From: a virus | IMG/VR virus record: IMGVR_UViG_3300009285_002342 | Span: 51,126 to 115,125 of that record | Reading direction: 5' to 3' (one strand) | Length of the DNA stretch: 64,000 nucleotides | In this document: positions 30,667-41,707 of the stretch, piece by piece | How positions within the stretch are numbered: position 1 is the stretch's first letter | Layout of the letters: each line of letters opens with the position of its first letter | Made by a program: the position numbers and the translations under genes | Notes under the pieces: model-generated | The model's database searches: none | Told to the model about the DNA's origin: nothing | What the model saw: the letters and a program-made list of their open reading frames with translations, nothing else

Positions 30667-31449
30667 TTACGCCCTCACTTCCCGAATCCGATATTGAGGA
30701 AATAGTTGAACAAAAGCGGGAGCTGGATAAATAGAACTATTTTGCGGTTCAGAAATACAGATAGTACCGTCCGCTAATACCCAAAGATTCATTGCGTGCG
30801 CAGACATAGGATTGCTATAAATATTAAAATGAGCATCTAAACAGACGGTAGCGTCGCCGCAATACGCTAACCATCCACGGAAAAGTCTTTGCGCAAAATC
30901 GTCGCAATCGACTCGTTCCGGTATATACGGAAGAAAACGTACTGGTGATTTTACGATTATCTTATCTAACATGCTTCTTGAGATTAGTGAATAAGAAGAA
31001 TCGTCCGGAGAAGCCCAAACACAATTCGGTTCTAATGGAATTCCGCATGTAAGAATTTGCGATTGAAGATAGGAATAGGGAACGGTTTTTTCCGTTTCTA
31101 TTTTTATAGCAGGATCAATTATCGCTAAATATTTATCAATATCTACCGGATACCTAGGATCGCTCATCCACGCCAAAAGATTTTCGGGATTATGAATTCC
31201 ATAATAATCCCTTACGAATACAGAAAACGTAATCGGAAAAAGACATTGTCTTAGATCTGTATACCATCTCATCGCATGTAATAATATACGCATCGGCCTT
31301 CTTTCCGGTCTTCCTTCTTCAGCCATCACTTTAAAAACTTGTAAAAGCGAAGCCCCGCCTTCTGCTGTATCCGAAAAACCGGCATTTAGAATCCATTGAT
31401 GCAACGGAGTAATAGCCATCAGTTTCCTCCGAAATCTACTTGTCTGCAA
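30667..31449 (-). CDS. Protein with C-terminal transglutaminase/papain-like domain
   Basis: DCDDFA...HAMN...EPQ. Confidence 0.55.
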   Translation of the reverse strand: MQTSRFRRKLMAITPLHQWILNAGFSDTAEGGASLLQVFKVMAEEGRPERRPMRILLHAMRWYTDLRQCLFPITFSVFVRDYYGIHNPENLLAWMSDPRYPVDIDKYLAIIDPAIKIETEKTVPYSYLQSQILTCGIPLEPNCVWASPDDSSYSLISRSMLDKIIVKSPVRFLPYIPERVDCDDFAQRLFRGWLAYCGDATVCLDAHFNIYSNPMSAHAMNLWVLADGTICISEPQNSSIYPAPAFVQLFPQYRIREVRA

Positions 31450-32133
31450 AGCGCTAATAAGGCTTTGCCGAAAGTTTTTAAAACTTTCTTTGGATCGTTC
31501 ACGTCTACATAAGCATCTATTTGTGCGTAGGTTAGTTTATCTAATTGCCGCCTTATCCTTAGTGCATTTATATACTCTTGTCTTGAAGGTTTAACTGTTT
31601 CGTCGATTTCCGGAAGTTGAACCTGATTCATTTCCGAAGCCTTTTTTGACCATTTTGTTTGTTTTGTTTCCTTGTCGATAATAATTTCGGTTTTGTCTTC
31701 AGTCCAAATTAAATCATAAAGGTTTTCCTTTAATCCGTCAGCTTTCCCGTTAGAACCTCGATAATTTTTTCCTTGCTTTACGCAATCACGAATGAATTGT
31801 AGGATTTCATCGGAACCTTTATTTTTAATTATTAAGTTCATTTTTCCATATTCTCATTTGTTTTTCGAAGATTTCAATTTCTTCCCAAAAAGGAATTTGC
31901 CTTTTTGAAGTTTTATCTCCATAATTTTTTATTGCTTCTCGGAAAATAGAAAGACGATTTTTCTTTATCTTCAATTCTTTTGTTAAACCGTATTTTTTAA
32001 TATTATTTTCCAAGCTTTTATAATAGTAATTATATAATTTTTGCGCTTCTATAGTTCTTTTGTGAAAAAACCATTTATCTTCATTGTGAGCGCAAGATAT
32101 AAAAAGAAAGATTATTAGAATGTACCATTTCAT
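31419..32133 (-). other. Two hypothetical ORFs (31419-31841; 31825-32133 putative lipoprotein)
   Basis: FISC lipobox-like sequence in the second ORF. Confidence 0.45.
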
Positions 32134-35100
32134 TATACATCCTGCGCAGTTACTACGTTACCGGTTCCTGCGTCAGAGATTGAAGTACCTACTCGATATG
32201 TAATATTATCCCCGCCTTGGTTATTATCACAAGTTCCATCCAAGGCGATTCCTATATCCTTTGCATTGTTATTCACCATATCTATATTGTTTCCTTGGAT
32301 AATGTTCCTATCGGAACCTTGAAATCTTATACCGTACCGATTATAAGTGGCATCCGCGTTATCGACCACAATATTGTTCTGAGATATAATGCTATCATTA
32401 AGACCGGGTATCGATATTCCTTCGCAAAGCTGAACGGCCATATTAATATCGATAAATATATCATTTTTAGTTACTTTGCCCGTAGAGAGATTAAGGATTA
32501 TCCCATACTGCAAATAATCCCCTGTCCGGGTATGAATGATGCTCACCTGGTTTTCTGAACAAATAACACCCCTCCCATTTTGCGTTATAATTCCATATAT
32601 ATAATAAGATGCGCTGTCATTGATTGACTTTAATGTATTATTAATTATTAGGGACTGAGGATCAACGTAAGTTTCCTGATAAGACTTGATACCTATATAC
32701 TTGAAATTCTTAACTGTATTGCCAATAATTTTAGACGAAATTGTACTCGCGTCAAGGCGAATATCAACGCCTTTGTTTTCTGGAGAGTCTACGGTATTTG
32801 CAAAAATATTTATTTCGCTAATTTTATAGATGTAAATCGGGATACTGCCATCTATAAAGCTACAGTCACTTACTCTAATTATAGAGTTACCTAAATACCC
32901 ATATACGCCATAATCTCCACTTGACGAAGCGCCTATTACTCCATCATCTACAAGATTAAAGGTTATTTGCCGAACCAAAATTAATGCCGTATTTTGATTT
33001 GCTGTATCGCCATAGATATAGATCATTTTAGAATAAGCAGATGTATTCTGACTTTCAAAAGTAAAGTCTGAAAATGAAAGCCGTTTTGTTAAATTATGTA
33101 AAGTAAAACCGTCGCTTCCGGCAGTATTTTTTAGAATTACCCCCCCTTGCGATTCACCGATAATCTCGATATCTCGATCTACAAGAAATATCCCACCAGA
33201 AGGTAAGGTATATTCACCATTCAAAAGGTAAATTCCGTTATGCCTACTTTCAGATAAAGCATTAATAGCAGTTTGAATGGAAGTGTATTGCCCCTGATTT
33301 GTATTTGGCCCGACAATTAGATTCGGTCTTCCCCATACATCAAATCCCGAAGACGCTAAAGACTCGGAAGATAAAGGTCCGCTTAACGGTGGTTCCCACA
33401 TTTTTATATTTGTATCTTCTTCGTTTACGGTCAAGGCGGAAGGATCTAAATCTGCCCAATTATCTAACGAATCAGAGAGCCGAGTACAAGAAAACCCGAT
33501 AGAAGCATCCCGATTAATTCGCATAGAATCAATTAAAATATCGTAAGATCCACCATAATCGGCATGATTTAATGTTATAACATCATTCGGTTGTAACGCT
33601 AACAAGGTAGACTTCCCGTTAAACCTAATCGTAGCGTCCGGAAGTAGTTTCCGTTGATAATGTAGAGTTCCTAATTTTTGTGCATGAATTGAATTTTGTA
33701 CGAACGGAAGTTCTAAAACTTCGTTACTAATTTTGGTTCTTGCTGTTTTAGCAGGGACTAAAATTTGAAGAAATTTATCTTGCGGTTCATCCGTTTCTTG
33801 CCAAGTAACATAACCACTATCCGAATTTTCTTCGTCGAATATTTCCGAATATTCAAAACTACTTTCCGCTGTTTCGCCACCTTGCGTTAAAACATCGGCC
33901 TTAGTCAAGGTTTTTTTAGATGTAGAAGAAAGGGGATAAAGCCCTAAAGTATTTTCAGAAATCAGAACGGAATTACACATACTTTGTAACCTAGCGATTA
34001 TCTTTTCCCTAGGTTCTTTATACCAGAACGCCCCGTTCCACGTTAACCCCCATCCCGAATATACCGTTTCTGCGTCTGTAAAGATTGTCGAACCAATAAT
34101 AGATGTAGAAACCCCTAAGTTTTTTACAACATTCTTAATCACGTTAGCAGGATTAGTCATAGACGAAGTATCTGAACGCATAAACTTCGTAGGTATATCC
34201 AGAAAATAATCCCCTTGTTTCCAAACTCCCGGTGCATCCGCAGTACCGTCATTATCTACGTCCATAATCATAGGATGCATTACCCGCCAATTTACCGAAG
34301 TCGATTCCGCTTTAGTGTATTGCGAAAATGTATACCCGGTAGAAGTCCAAATACTTTTTCGTCCCCATTCCCTCGGGGATCGAACTTTTTGTAAAGTATA
34401 GGTTAAAGACGTACTTCCTAAAACATACGCTCGACTGCCTTGCGTTACCGTTACGGAATCACCTACTGCTTCCGCTACGAAACCAGCATTTTCGGCGTAT
34501 TCCATTTCCGTAGAAGATCTAGCTAAAACAATAGCGCTTTGATTATTCGCCGTAGACGTAAAACCGGAAATAGGCGTAGTCCGTCCAACTTCAAAATTAT
34601 CGAAAGCGGAAGAAGCCGTTCTGAGTTTACATCGACTCCCGTTACTAGAAGCTACGGCGGAAATAGCGGTAGAAGTTAATGAGGTAAACGTAGGAATATA
34701 AACGCTTCTTAAAGGAACGTAAGCTACCCCATAAGGTTCCGGAACACAAACATTATCGTCTTTAACTTGCGCAGAATTCGGAAAAATATCTTTAACTAAA
34801 CGAGTATTCGGATAATCGCCTTTAAGGTATCTTTGTAAATAATCTACGCAATGAAACCTTAAAGCTTGCATCTGTGGTTCCGCCCTACGAACAATAAAAC
34901 GGAATTGTCTTATAACTGCTTCGTTCGTATAATCGCTCATTACGAGTTGTAGCAATAAATCTGCGTCGGTAAAATCAGTAGCGGTTAAAGTATTCGCAGG
35001 ATTCGTTACAAGAAAGGTAAGTTCGTTAGGCGCTTGTAGCCCCATTTCGGATTGATTACGATTTAATTCTACTCCGTTAAACGAATCGGGAATAATCCGG

Positions 35101-35246
35101 AAGGTATAGGCGTTTCCTCCGTAACTTCTAGTCACCGTAGACCACCGATACGTCGTCGCCCCGGTAGTAACTACAGTAAATCCCCAAAAGATTTTTTTGG
35201 ATACAGCGGAAACTATCGTTTGTTGGGTTGCGTCAAATGTTATCAT
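32133..35246 (-). CDS. Tail tip/central spike protein with C-terminal parallel beta-helix
   Basis: Follows TMP and Dit; YTSIQTAIN..IYLLNGEY..IIGES, then Asn/Ile-rich beta-helix repeats. Confidence 0.75.
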   Translation of the reverse strand: MITFDATQQTIVSAVSKKIFWGFTVVTTGATTYRWSTVTRSYGGNAYTFRIIPDSFNGVELNRNQSEMGLQAPNELTFLVTNPANTLTATDFTDADLLLQLVMSDYTNEAVIRQFRFIVRRAEPQMQALRFHCVDYLQRYLKGDYPNTRLVKDIFPNSAQVKDDNVCVPEPYGVAYVPLRSVYIPTFTSLTSTAISAVASSNGSRCKLRTASSAFDNFEVGRTTPISGFTSTANNQSAIVLARSSTEMEYAENAGFVAEAVGDSVTVTQGSRAYVLGSTSLTYTLQKVRSPREWGRKSIWTSTGYTFSQYTKAESTSVNWRVMHPMIMDVDNDGTADAPGVWKQGDYFLDIPTKFMRSDTSSMTNPANVIKNVVKNLGVSTSIIGSTIFTDAETVYSGWGLTWNGAFWYKEPREKIIARLQSMCNSVLISENTLGLYPLSSTSKKTLTKADVLTQGGETAESSFEYSEIFDEENSDSGYVTWQETDEPQDKFLQILVPAKTARTKISNEVLELPFVQNSIHAQKLGTLHYQRKLLPDATIRFNGKSTLLALQPNDVITLNHADYGGSYDILIDSMRINRDASIGFSCTRLSDSLDNWADLDPSALTVNEEDTNIKMWEPPLSGPLSSESLASSGFDVWGRPNLIVGPNTNQGQYTSIQTAINALSESRHNGIYLLNGEYTLPSGGIFLVDRDIEIIGESQGGVILKNTAGSDGFTLHNLTKRLSFSDFTFESQNTSAYSKMIYIYGDTANQNTALILVRQITFNLVDDGVIGASSSGDYGVYGYLGNSIIRVSDCSFIDGSIPIYIYKISEINIFANTVDSPENKGVDIRLDASTISSKIIGNTVKNFKYIGIKSYQETYVDPQSLIINNTLKSINDSASYYIYGIITQNGRGVICSENQVSIIHTRTGDYLQYGIILNLSTGKVTKNDIFIDINMAVQLCEGISIPGLNDSIISQNNIVVDNADATYNRYGIRFQGSDRNIIQGNNIDMVNNNAKDIGIALDGTCDNNQGGDNITYRVGTSISDAGTGNVVTAQDV

Positions 35247-35247
35247 A

Positions 35248-35347
35248 CCTTCCTACGCTTCGTAGAATCCCCTACGTTAAACGATCTATTCTTAACCCTA
35301 GTTACCCTACGTTCGAAAAATTTAAACGCCTTAAAAACGATTCTACG
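35248..35347 (+). repeat. Dispersed ~95-bp element, copy D
   Basis: Bounded by the inverted pair CGTAGAATC / GATTCTACG. Confidence 0.9.
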
Positions 35348-35759
35348 TCGTTCCTAAGATTTTAAGTTTCATTTGCGGGACGCCTTGTATTCCTAAAGCG
35401 TAAGGTCCGGGCCTCATCGTTCGGGTAACATCGTCGGCGAACCTAGCACAATATGTATGCCCGTCGCCATAATTTAATTTAAAACTTCGGGCGATTCCGT
35501 TACCTTTTCCGGTAGACATCCAATAATCGAAAATTGTACCAATATTAGCAGCCATCTCGGTAGGCCATCTTAGGTTAACATACGCTATCGGAGAATTAGA
35601 AAAACTAATTCTTTCTTCGCTTCCGTCGTCCCCATAACGAACCATTTGGTTTTTTGTAACCATTTCTTCTATGACTTCCTGCGGACTTAATTGTAAAGCC
35701 GAAGAAGTAAAGTTTACGGTAGCTGCGGAAAGATAGTCGAACAGCTCTTTTGACGCCAA
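35343..35759 (-). CDS. Distal tail (Dit)-like protein
   Basis: Size and position immediately after TMP. Confidence 0.5.
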   Translation of the reverse strand: MASKELFDYLSAATVNFTSSALQLSPQEVIEEMVTKNQMVRYGDDGSEERISFSNSPIAYVNLRWPTEMAANIGTIFDYWMSTGKGNGIARSFKLNYGDGHTYCARFADDVTRTMRPGPYALGIQGVPQMKLKILGTT

Positions 35760-35760
35760 T

Positions 35761-38700
35761 TTATTGCTCCATTATTCTACGCATTTTTTTAATGGTTTGT
35801 GGATTCTTCGAAGCTTTGTCCATAACTATAGAAGCAATAACCTGTCCGTCTATAGCGATTTGAACTGGTTGATTGCTATTTTGCGGTAAGGCTTGTAGAA
35901 TATATTTAGCTATGGATTTTCCGATTTCGTCCGGATCAATACCGATAGATTTGAGGAAATTTTCGTTTCTAGGATTACTGGATGCAGGGATTGCCCATTC
36001 CGATCCGTTTTCTCCGAAGATAGCGGGAACACCAGGATTGAAACCACCTAAATCGTATCCACGCATTTGCCGAAGTTGCTCTATCGTATAATTAACCCCT
36101 TGAGCGTGAGTCATCCCTAGGTCAAACAAGATGTCGCTACGCCTATTTCCCGCAGATTGATCTTGAGGGGTTATAACTGGGGTATAGGTTGAAGTGAAAT
36201 TCCATCCAGAATCACCAGTAGCACTTACATTATTTACAGGAGGAGAATAAGGAACAGTCACGGTAACTGGATCGGTATAGGTCGGTGTAAAATCCCATCC
36301 AGAATCACCAGTAGCCCCTACTACATTAATTGGGGCAGGAACATACCCGACTGTGGTTCCGGAATCCGTAGTCATACTTCCTGGCAAAATAGGGCTAACG
36401 GGCTGCCCCGTAAGATTTAAAAGCGAAGTATTAATCAAAGAAAGATAATTAACCATATCTGTTGTATTATCTGCGATTTGTTGCTGAAGAAGATCCTGTG
36501 TATCTTCTGCTAATCCCCTTACGTCCATTACGTCGTTAATTATTGCTCTCGCTACTTCTTTGTAATCTTCGGAATATCCACCCATAAAACCAGCATATTC
36601 TCTAGCGAAAGATTCAAATTTCGATATCGCCCCAGGTAAATCTTCTGGCGCTGCATTCCTAGCTGCATTTAACAGGTCTGTATATTTCGTCCCGTAATAT
36701 TCCGCGCTTTGTACCGGAGACAAACTTCCTCCGGTTAATTCGTCGATTAAAGCAGTTAGAGATTCTTTGCTTTGTTCAAGAGAATTAATGATTTGTTCAT
36801 TTTGCTGATTTTGTTTTTCTGTAAGACTTTGGATTTCGCCCATTACCGAATAAATTTCGTTCGAAATATCTAGCGAATCTGCCCAATATGTAAGGGAATT
36901 TTTATCCAAATTCAAAAGTTGAGTTGCTAATCCGCCGGCGTATCCTAAATATTCTTCGGTCCCCCAGTCTTTTCTTTGATAACCTTGAATATCCGCCTTT
37001 ACTGCGCCCGCCAACTCAATCATTCCGAACATTCCGCCTAATAGCGTTTGCCCTAAAGAGGCTAATTGTTGCAATAATTCGGAAGGTTCCATTCCGATAG
37101 ATCCAGCGTAAGCGGTAAATTGTTCACGATTAGCCGGATTTAAAGCTGCTGTTAACCAGGAAGCGGTATTAGAAGGCGTAATTTGCTCCATACCGATTCC
37201 GGTTTGTGCCGAAAAAAGACTAGCTTGAATAGCAGCTGAATATTGAGGCAGGAAACCTTCTAAAATAGAAGCTTGCGTTTTTAGAAGATCGTTAAGTTTT
37301 TTAACAGACTCTTCTTCCGCAGTAGTTATGTTTGCTATTGCTACGGCCCTACGCTCCTCGACCCATGTAATGTATTCTTCCGCCGCACCCATTTTGCGAA
37401 GTTGTTCAATATAACCATCAAATTGTTGATTGACATTGTAAACTTCTTGGTCATACTTTGTTAAAGCCCCAGTAGCCACCATAATTGAATGATAAATACT
37501 CTCTACAGTTGTTATCGCATCTTGTGTTGTCGTGTTAAATACCGCTAAAGCATTAGAAAGAGCGATAATTTCTTCTGCGGTAAAACCTCCTTCTTCGTAT
37601 TGATGAAATAAACCGCCCAAAGCTTCATATCCGCCGGAAACAGTACGGGTGTCACGGACAAAATCTGGAGCGTTTTGCAAAGCGTCAAAAGCGCCTTGTC
37701 CTAAAGCAAGGGCCATTTGTTGAGAAGCAGCATCCCAATACGCAGTACCAATTTGCGCTACAATCTCTTCTATACTTCTTCCACTAGCCCCACCTTCGAA
37801 AAGTGTAACGTTGAGACCTTCTAAACGATCTTTAAAATCATCGAAAATATCATAAGGAAGGGCAGCTTCCGCCCAGTCCTCTATACTGCTTCTTACCGTT
37901 GTAGCGAAATCGTCTATAGCGGTTTCTAATTCTAAATAGAAACCCTCCTGATCATCTGTGCCTGTTCGATAAAAATCCCAAGATTCAGGAGTACTTCGAA
38001 AACCTTCTACGCCAGCATCCGGATTACCGATACCGGACCCGCCATATTGATATGCATCCGGAACAAAGTCAGGAAAACGTGCACTATCGCCATAACCAAG
38101 GGAAAGTTCGGGAATATAACGGAATTTATCTTTATTAAAATGTTCAAGAATTCCAGCAAAAACCGCAACGGCACCGGCAGCCATAAGGAACGGACCGGCA
38201 ACCGCTCCGATAGAAGTTGCGCTATATCCACCGGCCGCACTCGCTCCCGCGCCTTCGCCTAGTCCTCCGGCCATAGCGGAAGTATTATAACCAACGCCAG
38301 CACCCGTACCGCCAAACATCTTTTTAACCCAAGCCCCAACGCTTGCTGCTGCGCTAATGTTCCCTACAGCATTCCCAACCGCTCCTCCGGTTAATCCTCC
38401 TAAAAAGTCATAAACAATCGGGACAATAATCTTTTCTGCTGCTGCCTTAGCTGCCATTTCGGCTAACGCTTTAGCGAAAAGATCGGTCATCTTTTCAAGC
38501 ATATCGGTCCAACCATCAATATTCCCTTTATAAATATCGAAGAAAAAATCAGCGGTAAAATCCGTTACCCTTTTTGTAAAATGTCGATTTTCTTCTTCCT
38601 GTTTTTTTAATGCCTTTTTCTCAGCTTCCACCCTTTCGTCGATAAACTCAAATTCTTCTTTTAATGCTTTTTCTAATCTGTCTTGCCTATATTTTTCTTC

Positions 38701-40683
38701 TTCTGCGTTAATTATTGCTAATGCGTCTTTATGATATTGAACGATAAGTTTTTGTGTTTCTTCGTTCGCACCGGCTAATATTTTAAATCCTTCAACTTCT
38801 TTTTCTAAAGTTTCTCTACGACGATTAAATTGGTTCACGTCTAACTTAATCATCATTTTTTCGTAATTATCGTAAGACTTTTTCTCTGCTTCCGCTCTTT
38901 CATCGATAAACTCAAATTCTTTCTTTAAAGCCTTTTCAAGTCGCTCATTAAGTGACTTCTCAAAATCTTGATTCATTAAAGCTAAGGCGGCTTTATGCGC
39001 TTCTTTAACTTTGTCTCCTAATAACGGATATTGTTCTTTATATTTTTCCGCCATTTTATATGCTTCTTCAAACGAAGCGTTTACCTCCGATTCTTCGAAA
39101 GCGAACGGATCAAGTTTAAATTTATTAACTATGCTTTGTAATTCACGCATCTTTCGTTCAAGACGCTGTTGCTCTTCCCAGTCTAGTTTAGGCGTTCTTA
39201 AAGGATTAATATAAGTTTCTTCTTGCCCGGCACCGGCCATCGCTTCTATTTGTTCGTAAAGTTCTTTTCTTTCTTCGGCAACTTTTACTTCCTCGTTTTC
39301 TAAACGATAGATCGTCCGTTTAGCTCGTTCAATTTCATTTTCTAAACGAAGTAATTCTTGCAGATCTTTTTTTAAAGTATCATTAATATGAATACTTTTT
39401 AATCCATCCATTTTTGGTTCTAATGCATTTTCTCTATACCATTTTATGCTTTCGTTAAGACGTTTATGTGCCATTTCTAAATCTAAAAGATCGTTTTTTA
39501 CAATTTGGATTTGATTAGGAGGATAATAATATGTTTCCCAATCCTTTTCTACCTTTCCGGGTTTTGTAAGCGCATCTAAAGAATCTTGCCATTTTGGGTA
39601 CATTCCCTTAGCGGTCATATCCGCCCAGTTTTGTAAATGAACACCAAAATCATGCGCTTCTTTAGCGATGGCGGTAAAAATCGCTGTGTAACCAGCGCCT
39701 TTTAGCCCAGCCTTACCGAAAAGGACTACCCCTACTATCCCTCCTTTTAAAATCCACGGATAATCATCTAGGAATTTTACCGAAGACCGAACCGCATTTT
39801 CTGTTTTTTCTACCCATTCGGTAATATTTTCTTTCATTAACTCATTATTTGCTTCCCTCCACTCTTTCGTCGCTTTTACAATTTCCTTTACAGCGGTAAC
39901 GAAAAGTTTCATCCCCCCCGAATCCATAAAGGCTAGGCGAAGGTAATCCATTTCGTTTTTCAAACGATTTATTTCTGCATACGCTGCCTTAGCCGCTTCC
40001 GGAACGGCTTCCCCGTAAGCCCTAGTAAACTCACGAGCTAAACGGGGGAGCATATCTTCGGAAAGAATTTTACCTTGCCGAACTTGTTCAATCATTTGTT
40101 CCGTAGTTAGCCCCATCGCCTTCGCGGCTCTAGCGAAAGCGCCTGGAATATGATCGCCTAACTGTCGCCGTAATTCTTCCATAGCCACTACGCCCTTAGA
40201 CATCATCTGCTCAAGTGCGTATAAGGCCATTTTAGTTTTTTCTTGTGTAAGACCGAGAACAACGGAAGCTTCGTTAACCGAAGTGAAAATCTTTCTAGTT
40301 TGTTCCATCGTAAGATTAGTAACGCGGGCAGCGGCGGCGAAGGTTTGAAAGGATTTGACTTGATCTCGGTAAACTAATCCTAATCTATCGGATTCTTGAC
40401 GGAGCCATTTAATCTGCTGTTGACCTTCGACGGCAGATTCAAAAACAGCATTCATACTTCTCGACATTCGGTCGAAAGTAACGCCGGTTTCTATAAGACT
40501 TTTCCCCAATTCACGTAACCCCCATCCTCCAAAGGCGGTTACTGCTAAACGTTTTAAATTAGTAAAACCGGCGGAAAGATCTTCTGTAGATTTACGAAGG
40601 GCCGCTAAATCCTTTCGCGCTTGCTGCATTCCTGCGGTAAATTCAGCCGAATGAATACCGATTCTTAATAATAATGGATTCAT
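35761..40683 (-). CDS. Tape measure protein
   Basis: 1640 aa; ALEQMMSKGVVAMEELRRQLGDHIPGA tape-measure motif; C-terminal GENG.EWAIP, IDG..IA. Confidence 0.93.
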   Translation of the reverse strand: MNPLLLRIGIHSAEFTAGMQQARKDLAALRKSTEDLSAGFTNLKRLAVTAFGGWGLRELGKSLIETGVTFDRMSRSMNAVFESAVEGQQQIKWLRQESDRLGLVYRDQVKSFQTFAAAARVTNLTMEQTRKIFTSVNEASVVLGLTQEKTKMALYALEQMMSKGVVAMEELRRQLGDHIPGAFARAAKAMGLTTEQMIEQVRQGKILSEDMLPRLAREFTRAYGEAVPEAAKAAYAEINRLKNEMDYLRLAFMDSGGMKLFVTAVKEIVKATKEWREANNELMKENITEWVEKTENAVRSSVKFLDDYPWILKGGIVGVVLFGKAGLKGAGYTAIFTAIAKEAHDFGVHLQNWADMTAKGMYPKWQDSLDALTKPGKVEKDWETYYYPPNQIQIVKNDLLDLEMAHKRLNESIKWYRENALEPKMDGLKSIHINDTLKKDLQELLRLENEIERAKRTIYRLENEEVKVAEERKELYEQIEAMAGAGQEETYINPLRTPKLDWEEQQRLERKMRELQSIVNKFKLDPFAFEESEVNASFEEAYKMAEKYKEQYPLLGDKVKEAHKAALALMNQDFEKSLNERLEKALKKEFEFIDERAEAEKKSYDNYEKMMIKLDVNQFNRRRETLEKEVEGFKILAGANEETQKLIVQYHKDALAIINAEEEKYRQDRLEKALKEEFEFIDERVEAEKKALKKQEEENRHFTKRVTDFTADFFFDIYKGNIDGWTDMLEKMTDLFAKALAEMAAKAAAEKIIVPIVYDFLGGLTGGAVGNAVGNISAAASVGAWVKKMFGGTGAGVGYNTSAMAGGLGEGAGASAAGGYSATSIGAVAGPFLMAAGAVAVFAGILEHFNKDKFRYIPELSLGYGDSARFPDFVPDAYQYGGSGIGNPDAGVEGFRSTPESWDFYRTGTDDQEGFYLELETAIDDFATTVRSSIEDWAEAALPYDIFDDFKDRLEGLNVTLFEGGASGRSIEEIVAQIGTAYWDAASQQMALALGQGAFDALQNAPDFVRDTRTVSGGYEALGGLFHQYEEGGFTAEEIIALSNALAVFNTTTQDAITTVESIYHSIMVATGALTKYDQEVYNVNQQFDGYIEQLRKMGAAEEYITWVEERRAVAIANITTAEEESVKKLNDLLKTQASILEGFLPQYSAAIQASLFSAQTGIGMEQITPSNTASWLTAALNPANREQFTAYAGSIGMEPSELLQQLASLGQTLLGGMFGMIELAGAVKADIQGYQRKDWGTEEYLGYAGGLATQLLNLDKNSLTYWADSLDISNEIYSVMGEIQSLTEKQNQQNEQIINSLEQSKESLTALIDELTGGSLSPVQSAEYYGTKYTDLLNAARNAAPEDLPGAISKFESFAREYAGFMGGYSEDYKEVARAIINDVMDVRGLAEDTQDLLQQQIADNTTDMVNYLSLINTSLLNLTGQPVSPILPGSMTTDSGTTVGYVPAPINVVGATGDSGWDFTPTYTDPVTVTVPYSPPVNNVSATGDSGWNFTSTYTPVITPQDQSAGNRRSDILFDLGMTHAQGVNYTIEQLRQMRGYDLGGFNPGVPAIFGENGSEWAIPASSNPRNENFLKSIGIDPDEIGKSIAKYILQALPQNSNQPVQIAIDGQVIASIVMDKASKNPQTIKKMRRIMEQ

Positions 40684-40898
40684 CGCGCCCTTCGTCCCTT
40701 TTTGCCCGCTAAACGGTTAGCCATATTCTTCTGGATACGTTTATCGGCTTCGGTTTCGGAATCGATCTTAAAGAATGCCCTCCACTTCGGAATCTCAGTA
40801 GAGGGCATTGAATCAAGCATTTCATCAACGGTCATCCCAAGTTCCCTAGCTAAGAAGAAATAAAATCGTTCTTCGGGATGACCAAACCTCAGTCCTTT
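40680..40898 (-). CDS. Tail assembly chaperone -1 frameshift extension (gpT-like)
   Basis: -1 frame after GAA AAG reads LRFGHPEERFYFFLARELGMTVDEML..W.AFFK; its TGA overlaps the TMP ATG. Confidence 0.7.
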   Translation of the reverse strand, partial: KGLRFGHPEERFYFFLARELGMTVDEMLDSMPSTEIPKWRAFFKIDSETEADKRIQKNMANRLAGKKGRRAR

Positions 40899-41236
40899 TC
40901 GGCCTGTTCAGTAGCGTCTTTCGTAAGACCGGAAATACGCATCGCCTTCGACACAAGAAGTTCTACCGGTCCCGAAGATTTTTCCATAAGCCATTCGGAA
41001 TCGTCTTGCGAAAAGATTCTTTCCTGGGTTTCCGGATCGAAACAACAAGCGATAAGCATTTGCGCGTGTAACTTATCGTGTTGAATCTTACCGTCATCGT
41101 TCATTGATTCGTTCAACACAAAAGCCCGCTGTTTCGCGGTCATCGTTCTAAGCTCAATAGAACAATCCCACACAGCAATCTTAACGATTTCCTTCTTAAT
41201 GTCGTCTGCGCTTCTAATCTTGTCTCTTAAACTCAT
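40889..41236 (-). CDS. Tail assembly chaperone (gpG-like)
   Basis: Lies between tail tube and TMP; W...I.LR.MT..QR pattern. Confidence 0.75.
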   Translation of the reverse strand: MSLRDKIRSADDIKKEIVKIAVWDCSIELRTMTAKQRAFVLNESMNDDGKIQHDKLHAQMLIACCFDPETQERIFSQDDSEWLMEKSSGPVELLVSKAMRISGLTKDATEQAEKD

Positions 41237-41262
41237 TTTCTTTCCTCCTTTTCGATTTTTGA

Positions 41263-41691
41263 TTAAGTCGCGGAAGTCCTACGGGTTAAAACTCCATCGC
41301 CTTGGAACGTAACAGACAACGTGGCCAAACTTCCTACAGCCCCCGCAATCGGCGTATAGGAAGGAAGCAGAACGTTTCCTGTCCATCGTGGATTAACAGC
41401 AGTAGAAGCGGAAGATTTAGCTCTAGTTGTAATCCACTTAGCAGTAGACCCGATATAAGGCCAAAGTGTAGCATCTACCTTTGAGGCTGCAAGATCCTGG
41501 TTAAATTCTACTGTTACGGAAAAATCTTTAAGCCCGGAAATTCTTCGTCTGCCCGAAGAACCCATAGCGGTTTTGTCCAGCATTTCCGCATTCGCCGTTA
41601 CCGTTACTGACCGTACATAGGAACTGAGATTTACAACAGCTGCCGTAGTTCCGATCTTAAAGACGCCTTTGTTAAACATGAATTCTGCCAT
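41263..41691 (-). CDS. Major tail tube protein
   Basis: LDKTAMGS..RRRISGLKD.SVTVEF.QD, NPRWTG.VL..SY.P..G.VG.LAT.SVT..G.G. Confidence 0.8.
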   Translation of the reverse strand: MAEFMFNKGVFKIGTTAAVVNLSSYVRSVTVTANAEMLDKTAMGSSGRRRISGLKDFSVTVEFNQDLAASKVDATLWPYIGSTAKWITTRAKSSASTAVNPRWTGNVLLPSYTPIAGAVGSLATLSVTFQGDGVLTRRTSAT

Positions 41692-41707
41692 TTTCTTTTC
41701 TCCTTAG

